From Candidatus Latescibacterota bacterium (GTDB taxonomy: Bacteria; Latescibacterota; UBA2968; GCA-2709665): DNA of 64,000 bases. Under the pieces are notes generated by a model. That model was not told the origin of the DNA. It saw only the letters and a program-made list of their open reading frames with translations, and did no database searches. Positions 49,449 through 58,901 of the stretch are shown one piece after another. Both the position numbers and the translations under genes were made by a program. Location: NCBI GenBank assembly GCA_965205485.1, contig OZ242180.1, positions 4,960,001 to 5,024,000 of the forward strand, given 5' to 3'. Each line of letters starts with the position of its first letter. The stretch's first letter is position 1.

Positions 49449-50003
49449 TCAGAAGTAGAATTTCAGGCCGGCGTACAGTCGATCGATTTCCGTTGTATTG
49501 CCGTCGGAGAAGATGAAGTCCCGTTTGTAGTTCAGGCCCAGGCGTATCCGGTCGTTGACGATGATATCGATGCCTGCGCCGGGAGCAAGGCCGAAGTTGC
49601 TTTCGCCATCCTCGGGCCTGTAGAGTCCCGCCTGTGCGGAGAAATAATATACGAACGGATCGGCGTTATAGTCCAGGCGTGAACCCAGGCTGTAAATTGA
49701 CAGCTTTCTGTCTGAAAGATACGCATAACCGCCTTCGATCGCCAGCCAGCCGTCCCTCTCGTATCCCAGGTTCAGGCTGTAAAGGAGCCCGGTGCGGTTC
49801 CCGTCCGCGTTGCTGTCGAAAATCCCGGAGCCGAACGCCGGGCTGACGTAGATTCGTCCTTCCGGACCGCCGAACGGGTAGCCGCCGCGGCCCAGTTCGC
49901 TGCCCTCCGGGCCGTCGGTCCGGCCCGGCTCTCCGGCGTTCAGCGGCAGGCAGACCAGGGCGCTGCAGATGGTGAAGATCAGGGTGAGGCTTGCGGTTTT
50001 CAT
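49449..50003 (-). CDS. Outer-membrane beta-barrel protein
   Basis: Signal peptide, amphipathic strands, C-terminal AGLKFYF. Confidence 0.8.
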   Translation of the reverse strand: MKTASLTLIFTICSALVCLPLNAGEPGRTDGPEGSELGRGGYPFGGPEGRIYVSPAFGSGIFDSNADGNRTGLLYSLNLGYERDGWLAIEGGYAYLSDRKLSIYSLGSRLDYNADPFVYYFSAQAGLYRPEDGESNFGLAPGAGIDIIVNDRIRLGLNYKRDFIFSDGNTTEIDRLYAGLKFYF

Positions 50004-50054
50004 GTCGAATCTCCTTTTGCGTTAGACTGGGGTACGATACCGACAGCCTTCGGA

Positions 50055-50651
50055 TCAGATTCCGATATGCCGTTTCTTGTAGGCCTTCCGGATTTCCTTC
50101 TCGTCGGTCCAGGCGATTTCCGACGTGAGCAGATTGGTCAACTGAAAGGTTGCCTTGTAGTAGATCAGTTTGTTCTTTCCAACCTGCTGCACGTTTGCCG
50201 TGAGCGTGCCGGTCAGCAGGTACTCCGCGCCCGTTTGGCTGCCCGGTCCCCTGGCCTGCTCCGGATCCACGTATCCGGACTGCTGGTACTCGTATTCCTC
50301 GGCGATGTCCCGGCGGTTCACCACGTCGGCAAAGCGAAACGTGCCGCTCTGGAGGAGTTGTGTTCGGACCTTGTTGGAAAGCATCGTCATATCTATATGT
50401 TCCGCTGTACGGTTGCGCATTTTTCCAATCATGACAACCGGCGCGCCGTTGCTTCCGCTAATGTTGCTGCCGGCCATGGACTGGATCATCTTCTTCGCGA
50501 TGAGTTGCATGTCGTTTTCACTGAACCGGTCATCCAGCAGCGCAATGGCGTTGGGATCTTCGTACGAGCCCTTCGTGAAGGCCCTGGGTCCCGCGCAGTT
50601 GACGGCGAACGCGAGAACGACGACGAGTGTGATGCAGATTCCTGGTCTCAT
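50055..50651 (-). CDS. lpoB: Penicillin-binding protein activator LpoB-like lipoprotein
   Basis: Lipobox AVNC, RNRT.EHID, GA.Y.L.G, YY...L.....EI.W. Confidence 0.8.
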   Translation of the reverse strand: MRPGICITLVVVLAFAVNCAGPRAFTKGSYEDPNAIALLDDRFSENDMQLIAKKMIQSMAGSNISGSNGAPVVMIGKMRNRTAEHIDMTMLSNKVRTQLLQSGTFRFADVVNRRDIAEEYEYQQSGYVDPEQARGPGSQTGAEYLLTGTLTANVQQVGKNKLIYYKATFQLTNLLTSEIAWTDEKEIRKAYKKRHIGI

Positions 50652-50719
50652 GGCGATTCTCCTCCTGGTAAGATGGTTCGTAAGGCGATGCTGTTGCTCG
50701 CGGACAGGCGGCGTGTGAT

Positions 50720-51520
50720 TCAGTTCCATTCGCACTGGAAGTGTGCGCCCGCCATGTGCCACTTGTAAGGCAACAGGACATCCTGGCGATAGCGCACCTG
50801 CAGACGGCAGTCCTGCATGGTTGAACTCACCGGATAGTCGAATGAAATCTCCCGGATGCCGGCGCGGTCGGCTTCAGGAATGTCGGACGACTGGAAGATA
50901 TCCGGTTTGGTGGAAGTTAAGACCTGCATTGTCTTGGCCCCGTACGTCTTCAACGGCACGCGGTCAGAGAACGTGATGCGGCGTACCTGCTTTGGGAGGA
51001 GGGGGTCGGTTAAATCCACACGCTCGTCCCTTCGCCAGTTTCCCGCCAGTACAGCGCCCAGGTCCGCCGTGAAGACGCGTTCGGTCGGTCCGTCCGGAAT
51101 GATGACGTACAGATATCGCCTGCGAGCCTCCCGCGACTGGCCTGAGAATTCGAGCTGGATGGAGAGGGTCAGCGACCGGTTGGGAGGCAGCGCATGCAGC
51201 GAGATCGCCTGAATGACCTTCTGCGAAACGCCGGCCTTCTTTAGATCGATCAGTGCGCCGGCAGATGCGTCACCGGCAAACCGGCGTTCCTGCACCATCC
51301 GGCGGATCGCCTCGTCGTCAAAATCGTTCCGGCTGAGATTGACAACGTCTTCCAGGGTGAGGGGCAGCTGGTCGGAGCGTTCGTAGACCGGCGGCAGGTT
51401 CCTTCCGTCCCACGTCACGATGTTGACAACGGCGCCCCGAGTCGGAATGTCAGCGGCCCATCCAGTCTGGCTCCACCCCGCAAGGGCCACGGCCAGGCAG
51501 ATCCAAATCTGTTGCTTCAT
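50720..51520 (-). CDS. Secreted hypothetical protein
   Basis: Signal peptide MKQQIW...GWA; SD aggagg; LT.EDVV.L...L..AGVS..VI.A helical domain. Confidence 0.75.
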   Translation of the reverse strand: MKQQIWICLAVALAGWSQTGWAADIPTRGAVVNIVTWDGRNLPPVYERSDQLPLTLEDVVNLSRNDFDDEAIRRMVQERRFAGDASAGALIDLKKAGVSQKVIQAISLHALPPNRSLTLSIQLEFSGQSREARRRYLYVIIPDGPTERVFTADLGAVLAGNWRRDERVDLTDPLLPKQVRRITFSDRVPLKTYGAKTMQVLTSTKPDIFQSSDIPEADRAGIREISFDYPVSSTMQDCRLQVRYRQDVLLPYKWHMAGAHFQCEWN

Positions 51521-51546
51521 GGTGTTCCTCCTTTCGGTTGCGGTGG

Positions 51547-52911
51547 CTATTTGTACGTCCGGTAGTTCACGAAGGTCCGGGTTCCCGGTCGGATACGCAC
51601 ATCCGAAATGGTTCCGGTTTCGATGACGCGCCCCCGACTGTCGAGGGATTCCAGCGTAAGGGTGTGCGTGCCGGCGGGGAGGGTGAGCCTGCCGATCTGC
51701 ACGTTGTGAGGCAGCGAGACCCAGCTCCGGGTATCGGCCGCTTCTATTGCCGCAGAGAACAGATTGACGATGAAGCCGAGGACTCTGCTCTTCTCTTTCG
51801 CCTTGACCGAAGCCGAATATTTGATCAGCCCCCGCGCGACCGTTCGCGCGAGGATCGCCGGCTGTTTGTCCTGAAACGTCTGCCACGCGATAGCCGACAG
51901 GTCTTCAGCCAGCGTGGTGGTGGTCTGACGTCCGGCTACGCTGACCCGTACGGTCTGGGTGCGCGGCGCGACATCCTCGTACGCGGGCAGAACCACCCGC
52001 AGCCAGTGTTTGACTTTTGATTCGCCCGCATAGTGCGGTTTGAAATGCCGGTAAGCGATTTTTCGGGAGGCACGTTCAAGGCGGTCCTTCTTTCCGTTGA
52101 AGTCATCGCCCTCGTAGATCGGCAGGCTGATTTCCTCCTCCACCTTGTGAGGCACGAAACCGATTTCCGAGAAGACGATGAGTTCGCCGCCCACGGCTGA
52201 ACGCCGACCACGGATGCCGACTGCCTTCCCGGGTGAATCGACAAAGTCGAGGGCCTCCTCGACGCGCCCGAGGTCTTTCCTGAGGGCATCGGGCGCCTCG
52301 AGGCCGAAGGCATCGCGATAGGTCTCATATGCATCCAGTGCGTTCCGATACGACACGTATGCGTCGTTGAGTTCGCCGGTCGCTTCATAGATCAGACCGG
52401 TGATATAGTGAATGAAGGCGTCGTTCCGGTATGTGGCGTCGTAATCGGCCCGCGCCGCGTAGCGGTTCAGTTTCAGGTTGGCCTTACGGCACTCCACCAG
52501 GGCGTCTTCCGGTTCATCCAGATACCAGTAGTTCAGCGCCCGGTAATAGTTGATGAACGCGAGTTCGAACTCCTCGCCTCGATAAGCCCGCACCTGGTCG
52601 TTCGTGATCAGCGAAGCTGCCTCGCGGGACAAAGACCTTGTGAATAGCCGGTCCGCGAGCCGCTCGGCGGACTCGAAATAACGGTTGGAGGCGTGATATT
52701 CGCCTCGATAGTGCGCTATAAGGCCGTTCTCCATGAGGTAGAGCAGGCGGGCGGGACCCTTCCGGGCCTCACCAAGAGTCTGCAACGCCGTTTCGTAGTG
52801 CCCGCCGGCGAGGCTGCTTCTGAAGGTGGCCGCGTTGTGGGTATAGGTGGCGCAACCGGTGAAGAAGACGCACAGAAGCAGGCCGGATTGCAATTTGTGA
52901 AGGTTCTTCAT
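51547..52911 (-). CDS. COG3014-type TPR lipoprotein
   Basis: Lipobox FTGC, Y.GE.FE, ALVE.R, ADTRSW..LP. Confidence 0.85.
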   Translation of the reverse strand: MKNLHKLQSGLLLCVFFTGCATYTHNAATFRSSLAGGHYETALQTLGEARKGPARLLYLMENGLIAHYRGEYHASNRYFESAERLADRLFTRSLSREAASLITNDQVRAYRGEEFELAFINYYRALNYWYLDEPEDALVECRKANLKLNRYAARADYDATYRNDAFIHYITGLIYEATGELNDAYVSYRNALDAYETYRDAFGLEAPDALRKDLGRVEEALDFVDSPGKAVGIRGRRSAVGGELIVFSEIGFVPHKVEEEISLPIYEGDDFNGKKDRLERASRKIAYRHFKPHYAGESKVKHWLRVVLPAYEDVAPRTQTVRVSVAGRQTTTTLAEDLSAIAWQTFQDKQPAILARTVARGLIKYSASVKAKEKSRVLGFIVNLFSAAIEAADTRSWVSLPHNVQIGRLTLPAGTHTLTLESLDSRGRVIETGTISDVRIRPGTRTFVNYRTYK

Positions 52912-53001
52912 GGATTCTCCGGATACCCCGAAACGACCGAGATCCCGCAAATGGAGACGATGCATGTTGCTTTTTTGTCCGTTACCGCTGCCGAAGACAT
53001 A

Positions 53002-53017
53002 TGCAATCAGCGTGCCA
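53002..53017 (-). promoter_or_regulatory. sigma54 (-24/-12) promoter
   Basis: TGGCAC-gctga-TTGCA on minus strand, with an AT-rich tract at 53020-53060 upstream. Confidence 0.75.
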
Positions 53018-53211
53018 ATAACGTAAATTATTTATAAACAATTATATATGTATTTATCTCGGGTGGTAGATCTGTCGTGTATCGTCCACACTTGTGAACC
53101 TGAGCGACATCCGTTGGCGAAAAAAACCGGGAATCAGGCTCACACGAAGACACAAGGGAAGGCAAGGAAAAAGGAAGAAGGAAGAAGGAAGAATGTGGGG
53201 AACGGCGACCG

Positions 53212-53470
53212 TTAGCTGTCAGCTATCGGCCTTCAGCTATCAGCTAAAAACGAAGGGCAAAAGGCAGGATAATGTATGGCGTTTCGATGCCGTTTCACGC
53301 TGGCCTCGGTCGCCGGACCGCTCCCCGGGGCCGCCGTCTCGGTTTCCAGTAACCTGCCGGAAGCAGAGAATTTGGAGAGCGTTGGGTTTTGAATTTGGTT
53401 TTCGAATTTGATTCAAGCTGACGGCTGAGAGCTGATGGCTGATAGCTTATTCCCTGACGGCTGATCGCTG
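53212..53470. repeat. Element bounded by inverted heptamer arrays (TCAGCTA / GCTGAYR)
   Basis: ttagctg tcagcta tcggcct tcagcta tcagcta on the left; gctgacg gctgaga gctgatg gctgata on the right. Confidence 0.6.
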
Positions 53471-53553
53471 TTTGCTGCCTCTTTTGCAGAAAAACGAATG
53501 GCGTCCTGACAGGACGCCTTGAAGTACGCGCATGGAAAATTGAAGTGACGAAT

Positions 53554-54132
53554 CTATCGACGCTGGCGATACAGGGTGGGATCAACGGAAGCGGCCATGG
53601 CCGCTTCATCGAGGCGATGGTCGAGAAAGGCGTTGACACGGGCGGCCTCCCGGGCGGATTCCGCCAGAATCCGCCGATGCTCCGTATAGAGGGTCCGGAA
53701 GCCCGGACACCCTGACAGCCAGGCTTCCGTCTCCTGGAGATGCCTGCGAAAAACCCGGGCGATCTCCGTGTTTTCCGCCTGTCCGCCCGGCTGCACGCCC
53801 CGCCGGACCAGCATGCGGTCCTGCGAGGCGAGTACTTCCTCCAGGGCCCTGCGAACGAAGATGATTCTGTATTCAAATGTATCCGGAAGGTACTTCAGCA
53901 ACTCGGAGATGATCTTGACGGCCCTGCCCCTGGCTTCGGGCAGCCAGCTCACGTCCGACTTCAGCGCCTTGACCTTCTCAAATTCGAAATAGCCGTTGAG
54001 ATTGTCTTCGTCGGCGGCTCTCAGCCCGTCCGTCAGGACGCCCATGCCGCCGGCTTCCAGCATCTGCATCATCATCGAGGTGCCCGATCGGGGCAGGCCT
54101 GAGACGACGACTATCGTATCGGGATCGATCAT
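53554..54132 (-). CDS. Sulfotransferase-family protein
   Basis: PAPS loop VSGLPRSGTSMMM, N..GYFE, R......SQ. Confidence 0.85.
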   Translation of the reverse strand: MIDPDTIVVVSGLPRSGTSMMMQMLEAGGMGVLTDGLRAADEDNLNGYFEFEKVKALKSDVSWLPEARGRAVKIISELLKYLPDTFEYRIIFVRRALEEVLASQDRMLVRRGVQPGGQAENTEIARVFRRHLQETEAWLSGCPGFRTLYTEHRRILAESAREAARVNAFLDHRLDEAAMAASVDPTLYRQRR

Positions 54133-54190
54133 GAGACGCCTTCGATCACGCCGCGCTAGACGGGACGTCGACGCGGGATGTAGAGGTACC

Positions 54191-54397
54191 TCAGATATAG
54201 CCCAGAGATTCGAGCCGGTCTTTCATCAGCTTCTTTTCTTCCGGGGTATAGGCCGGGCGGGATCCCTTTTCCTCTTCCGGAACGCTGACGGATTCACGAT
54301 TTCCGGATGCCTCGAGGAGGCGATTGTATTCATCGATGTCCAGCAGAACGCCGACGCGGTTGCCGGCCTGGTCTACCACGAACCGCGGCTCCGTCAT
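54191..54397 (-). CDS. 68-aa protein: antitoxin-like N-terminus plus RLESLGYI tail
   Basis: VVDQAGNRVGVLLDIDEYNRLLE; EEKKLMKDRLESLGYI. Confidence 0.7.
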   Translation of the reverse strand: MTEPRFVVDQAGNRVGVLLDIDEYNRLLEASGNRESVSVPEEEKGSRPAYTPEEKKLMKDRLESLGYI

Positions 54398-54493
54398 CTC
54401 TCTTTCCCACTGAATGGAGGATTGTGATCGGAAGGATCGGGATTGGCCAAAGGGATTCGGTCCGACTCCCGAACCTGTGCGGTTTCGCCCCTG

Positions 54494-55591
54494 TCACTGC
54501 AATTTGCCGCGCCCGAGGATGTCCCAGACGGCTTCCACCCGGTCGTTGCGAATGCCGTGGATCTGATCGTGCAGAAAGACCGTCATGTCGCTGTATCCGG
54601 AAACGAGTTCTATCCTGTCGCCGATCTTCAGCGGATGATCGGGGTTCTTCAGCTCCAGATGACCGTGTTCCGCAGACAGGCCGACAACGTCAATGCCTTC
54701 CCTGTCCTTCACCCAGGGCAGACCGAACTGTGACGAAGTGGTTTTTCGGCCGGCGTCAATATACGCCCGGTCGGGAGCGGGGCGGCTGACCACCGTAGCA
54801 AGAACGGAGAGGGCGTGTTCCAGCCCCCGGACGCCCATCGACGTAGCGTATAGGGTGTCCATCATGATCCCGCCGCCGGCCTGAATCTCGGTGAGGCCCG
54901 GGCAGTCCGGCGTGAACGCCAGCGTTCCCGTACCGCCCGCGCTCACGATCGGACATTCGATGCCCGACGCCTCGATATGCTCCCGCGAGCCCGCGAGAAG
55001 GGCGACGGCTTCGGCGCAGACGGCTTCCTTCTCCGGATCGGGCAGGTCCATTGCCTGGCCTTCGTAGCCCATCAGACCCGAGAATGTCACGCCGGGAGCG
55101 GCGTCGGCCTGCTGAGCCAGCTCCAGGGCGGGCTTCCCCGCCCCGACGCCGCAGCGTCCCATCCCTATATCCAGTTCAACCAGGACGCGCACGCGAACGC
55201 CAACGGCCTGAGCGGCTTCCGAAATCATGGTGACGTGGACGGGGTGGTCGACGGCAACCATGACGTCCGCGTGGTTTTGCAGGTGGGTCAGGCGGGCCAT
55301 CTTTCTCTCGCCCACGACCTGATTCGCAACCAGGATGTCCCTGACGCCCGACGCGGCCATGATTTCCGCTTCACCGAGTTTCGCGCAGGTAATGCCTATG
55401 GCGCCTGCGTCGAGCAGTTTGTGCGCAATGGCCGGGGTCTTATTGCCCTTGGTATGCGGACGCCATTGGACGCCGCAGGCTTTGCAGCGGGCTGCAATCC
55501 GGGCGATGTTGTTCTCCAGAAGATCCAGGTCGAGCATCAGCGCCGGCGTATCCAGGTCCCACTTTTCAAACCCGACGGGAGAGTAGCTCAT
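54494..55591 (-). CDS. DSD1/D-threonine aldolase-like PLP enzyme (fold type III)
   Basis: LDTPAL, RPHTK, G.GRCGV, GLMGYEG, SAGGTGT, DAGRK, SAEHG. Confidence 0.9.
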   Translation of the reverse strand: MSYSPVGFEKWDLDTPALMLDLDLLENNIARIAARCKACGVQWRPHTKGNKTPAIAHKLLDAGAIGITCAKLGEAEIMAASGVRDILVANQVVGERKMARLTHLQNHADVMVAVDHPVHVTMISEAAQAVGVRVRVLVELDIGMGRCGVGAGKPALELAQQADAAPGVTFSGLMGYEGQAMDLPDPEKEAVCAEAVALLAGSREHIEASGIECPIVSAGGTGTLAFTPDCPGLTEIQAGGGIMMDTLYATSMGVRGLEHALSVLATVVSRPAPDRAYIDAGRKTTSSQFGLPWVKDREGIDVVGLSAEHGHLELKNPDHPLKIGDRIELVSGYSDMTVFLHDQIHGIRNDRVEAVWDILGRGKLQ

Positions 55592-55614
55592 TCAAATTTC
55601 CTCCAGGCGCGCGG

Positions 55615-56397
55615 TCATTTTCTGGCTGCGATGTCGGCGAGCGTGTCGCCGGTTATTCTGACAGTGTGGGTATCGACGCGCTCGACACCGGGACTGGAGG
55701 CTTTGGACGCCGCGCTGGATTCGGCCCGGTATTCCGTTTCAAACGTGTAGGGCCCCGGAACGCGGTAAGGCGCGAATTCCCCGATGCGGCCCATTGCGGT
55801 TTTCGCGCCCGTCCGGATGAGGTCTCGTGCTTTAGCTGGAGAAAGCGTGAGCGCCGCGGTACGGCTGAGCCCTTCCTTGACGACAACCCCTTCGATATCT
55901 TCCACGTACGTTCGCGCTTCGTCCACGGCCGCCCGGTCGCCGCTGATGAACGCCGTGGGAACGCCGGCCTCCGCGGCGCTGGCGATGTTGAACCCGATTT
56001 CGCCAATGAGTTCTCCGTTCAGCCAGCAATTTGAAATTGCCCTCGAACTCCAGCTGTGGCACAGCACCCCGGCGGACGTGTTCTCCATGGCGTGGTGGCC
56101 ATACAGAAACATGGCGTCGAAGTCAATGCCGAGGTCCCACGCGGAAACCAGCGGACGGCCGAACATCACCCTGGCTTCATAGTGGATCATCTCTATGTTG
56201 ATGCCGCCGCTGCCGTGTCCGTCGAGGACGATGACCTGGGCGGCCCCGCCATCCAGGGCGCCGTCCACAAGCGCGTTGATTTCAAGGGTGGAGAGGTTCT
56301 TCGCCTGGTCGTTGTACCGCGTATTGTCGTACGTCTGCGTGTGAAAGTCGACCACGCCGGCAGCGCCTTCGAGGTCGCACAGTACCATGATATTCAT
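55615..56397 (-). CDS. M55 D-aminopeptidase (DppA-like)
   Basis: DLEG..G, DGHG, GHHA, L.HS, GE, SGD, VKEG. Confidence 0.88.
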   Translation of the reverse strand: MNIMVLCDLEGAAGVVDFHTQTYDNTRYNDQAKNLSTLEINALVDGALDGGAAQVIVLDGHGSGGINIEMIHYEARVMFGRPLVSAWDLGIDFDAMFLYGHHAMENTSAGVLCHSWSSRAISNCWLNGELIGEIGFNIASAAEAGVPTAFISGDRAAVDEARTYVEDIEGVVVKEGLSRTAALTLSPAKARDLIRTGAKTAMGRIGEFAPYRVPGPYTFETEYRAESSAASKASSPGVERVDTHTVRITGDTLADIAARK

Positions 56398-56413
56398 GGG
56401 GGGCTCTCCGGTG

Positions 56414-57562
56414 TCAATCGTCGAAGGCCGACGGCGCGAACAGCCTGCCGGCGCGGATGGTGGAAACCGCTTCGAGTTTCTGATTCGCCGACCGGGTCCC
56501 GCCGCGGGTATCGGCGAATTCGAAGCTGCCCGGCTTGAGTTGGAGAATGGCCAGATCGGCGCACGCGCCCGGCCGCAGGGTGCCGATTTCACCCAGTACG
56601 CCCATATGCCGCGCCGGGGCCGCCGTCACCCTGTCGAGGGCCTGTTCCAGCGTAAGGCCCAGAACGAGGAACTTGGAGACGGTGGTGACAAGGTCGTACA
56701 CAGGCCCGTTCAGATTGTAGACGTGGAGGTCGCTGGAGATGGCGCCCGGCGGAAAGTTCTGGGACATCGCGGCCTCGGCAACGTCGAACACGAAGCTGCC
56801 CTGGCCGTGCCCCACGTCGAACAGGATCCCCTCTTCCGCGGCCCTTCGGGCGGATGGACGGACCGCGCCCGATTCGTCCAGAATGCCGGTGTCGCTCCGG
56901 TGAAAGCAGTGGGTTACGATATCTCCGGGGCGAAGTTCGGCTGTCATTTCATCGAACGAAAGGTGGCTGGCATTGGGATGTACCATCAGCGGGAGACCGG
57001 TGGCGTCGCGTATTTCGCACGCCCGCTTCAGACCTTCTCTGCCGTTCTCCCCCACCAGACCCTTCGACATCCGGATCTTGACGCCGATTATGTCTTCTCT
57101 GTGCGTCTCACACATCCGAACCGCGCGGTCCACGTCAGCGAACCGGAGGTCGGTCATCTCGCCGATACCGGGCGACAACAGGCCCTGGGACGAGACGTGC
57201 AGGAAGGCCTTGATTCGGGTCGCGCTGGCGTCGATCACGTACTTCTTGAACCCGGGAAACGTGTCGGCGCCCGCGGAACCGGTGTCGTAGACGGTGGTCA
57301 CGCCCCTGGCCAGACACGTGGGGTCCGGCTCCACGCCGTAGTGGGATACCCCCCACCAGACGTGGACGTGCAGATCGATCAATCCTGGCGTCACCAGGTA
57401 GCCGGAGGCGTCGATCACGGTCTGCGCCGTCTCTTCGTAGATCTCATTGTCCAGCGCGGCGATGCGCCCGCCCGCTATGGCCACGTCCCGTGCCGCGTGC
57501 AGACCCTGCGCCGGATCGATAACCGTACCGCCCTTGATGAGCATGTCGTATGGTGCGGACAG
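56414..57562 (-). CDS. Amidohydrolase/deacetylase (dihydroorotase-like); start CTG 57562 or ATG 57544
   Basis: PGLIDLHVH, D.GSAG, GVKIR, MVH, THCF, DVGHG.GSF, ISSDLH. Confidence 0.88.
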   Translation of the reverse strand: MSAPYDMLIKGGTVIDPAQGLHAARDVAIAGGRIAALDNEIYEETAQTVIDASGYLVTPGLIDLHVHVWWGVSHYGVEPDPTCLARGVTTVYDTGSAGADTFPGFKKYVIDASATRIKAFLHVSSQGLLSPGIGEMTDLRFADVDRAVRMCETHREDIIGVKIRMSKGLVGENGREGLKRACEIRDATGLPLMVHPNASHLSFDEMTAELRPGDIVTHCFHRSDTGILDESGAVRPSARRAAEEGILFDVGHGQGSFVFDVAEAAMSQNFPPGAISSDLHVYNLNGPVYDLVTTVSKFLVLGLTLEQALDRVTAAPARHMGVLGEIGTLRPGACADLAILQLKPGSFEFADTRGGTRSANQKLEAVSTIRAGRLFAPSAFDD

Positions 57563-57645
57563 GGCTTCCTCGACGGTGTAGTGAGAAGGGATCCGCGGGC
57601 GGCCGGATGCGCCGGAAAATAACCAAAAAGCCCAACGCGGCAAAC

Positions 57646-57676
57646 GAAAAGGGGCAACCCGACGGGCGCCCCTTCG
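57646..57676 (-). terminator. Terminator-like hairpin downstream of mdh
   Basis: aaggggc...gcccctt stem with A tract on the left. Confidence 0.5.
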
Positions 57677-57702
57677 AAGTGCGGTATGCTTTCCGGACCC
57701 AT

Positions 57703-57862
57703 CAGCCCGTTGAAAAAGCCCATCCGGGCTACGGCCGGCCCTTGCGGTCGAAATACTGCGTTGTGCTCCCTCGCCGAATCGATGGATGGGACTCGGTCGC
57801 GCGCCTTGTCTTCGACCACAATGACACGGCCTCGCCTGCAGAGCGACTCTATCGACGGACTT
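57703..57862 (+). mobile_element. 160-bp MITE, copy 3
   Basis: Same length and near-identical sequence; right IR degenerate; abuts mdh stop codon. Confidence 0.85.
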
Positions 57863-58873
57863 CTATGCCAGATTCGGGTTGCTGCTCCCCCATTCGGCCA
57901 GCGGCGGCAGGATGCCCTCCGCGATGATTTCGTCGCGCAATCCGACGAGGTGCGCGTAGGAATCCCTCAACGCCCGCAGGTCCTCCTCCGTTCCATCGGG
58001 CATGCTGCCGGTTACGCCGTCCGAGGACAGAGTGGCGGGCATGGCCATCATGATCCTGCTGAATTCCCCGTTGTTGACGTAAGCGCCGCAGGGCCAGTCG
58101 TAAGGCTCGCCGAACAGCCCCCGCAGCATGAAGACGCTCTGCTGCGCGGGCGACTGGAAGGAGGAGCGGCCCCGCAACTGGATAATCCGGGCGCCGCCGC
58201 CGGTCACGTGGGCCTGGATGCTGCTCCACGCATCCGAAGTCAGGCCGATGCCGTTTACGGTCTTTCCCGCCAGTATATCCGTGAGTGGAATACCGTCCAC
58301 CGCTGTGCCGCTCTTGAATACGGCCATCGACTCGCCATGACCTCCGTAGGTCTTGCAGCCGGTCACGCGGTCCTGCCGGATCCTGAAATGCTGGGCCAGC
58401 GCCGTCTGCAGCCGGGTGCTGTCCAGCGCGGCCAGCGTGGACACGCGACCGGCCGGAAGCCCGGAGTGTACCAGCGTGGTCAGTCCTGTGATGTCGGCGG
58501 GGTTGAAGATGATAATGACGAATTTGCAGTGGGGACAATACCGTTTGATATCAAGTCCGAGCTGTTTCGCGATCAGGCCGTTATCCCGCGTGAGGTCTTC
58601 GCGCGTCATCCCTTCCTTTCTCGGGGCGCCGCCCGAACTGATCACATAGCTGGCGCCGGAGAGGGCTTCGGCGATGTCTGCGGTCCACGAGACGTTCGCG
58701 CCCGGGAATCCACAGTGATAGATTTCCTCCGCGGCGCCTTCCAGGCCCGGTTCGAACGGGTCGTACATGGATACCCTGCCGGCGGTTCCCGAGGCCAGCA
58801 GGGTCTGGACGAGATTTGAGCCAATGGCTCCCGCCGCACCCAGAACGGCTACTTTTTCCTCCGTCAGATACAT
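57863..58873 (-). CDS. mdh: Malate dehydrogenase
   Basis: GAAGAIG, GAPRKEGMTREDL..DN, NPAD, LDSTR, GGHGE, RGRSS. Confidence 0.93.
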   Translation of the reverse strand: MYLTEEKVAVLGAAGAIGSNLVQTLLASGTAGRVSMYDPFEPGLEGAAEEIYHCGFPGANVSWTADIAEALSGASYVISSGGAPRKEGMTREDLTRDNGLIAKQLGLDIKRYCPHCKFVIIIFNPADITGLTTLVHSGLPAGRVSTLAALDSTRLQTALAQHFRIRQDRVTGCKTYGGHGESMAVFKSGTAVDGIPLTDILAGKTVNGIGLTSDAWSSIQAHVTGGGARIIQLRGRSSFQSPAQQSVFMLRGLFGEPYDWPCGAYVNNGEFSRIMMAMPATLSSDGVTGSMPDGTEEDLRALRDSYAHLVGLRDEIIAEGILPPLAEWGSSNPNLA

Positions 58874-58901
58874 CCGTTTTTCTCCCGGGGGTCCGTCTGA
58901 T

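Noticed and set aside
54191..54397. Type II toxin-antitoxin pair
   Set aside because: No adjacent RelE/ParE/PIN toxin ORF
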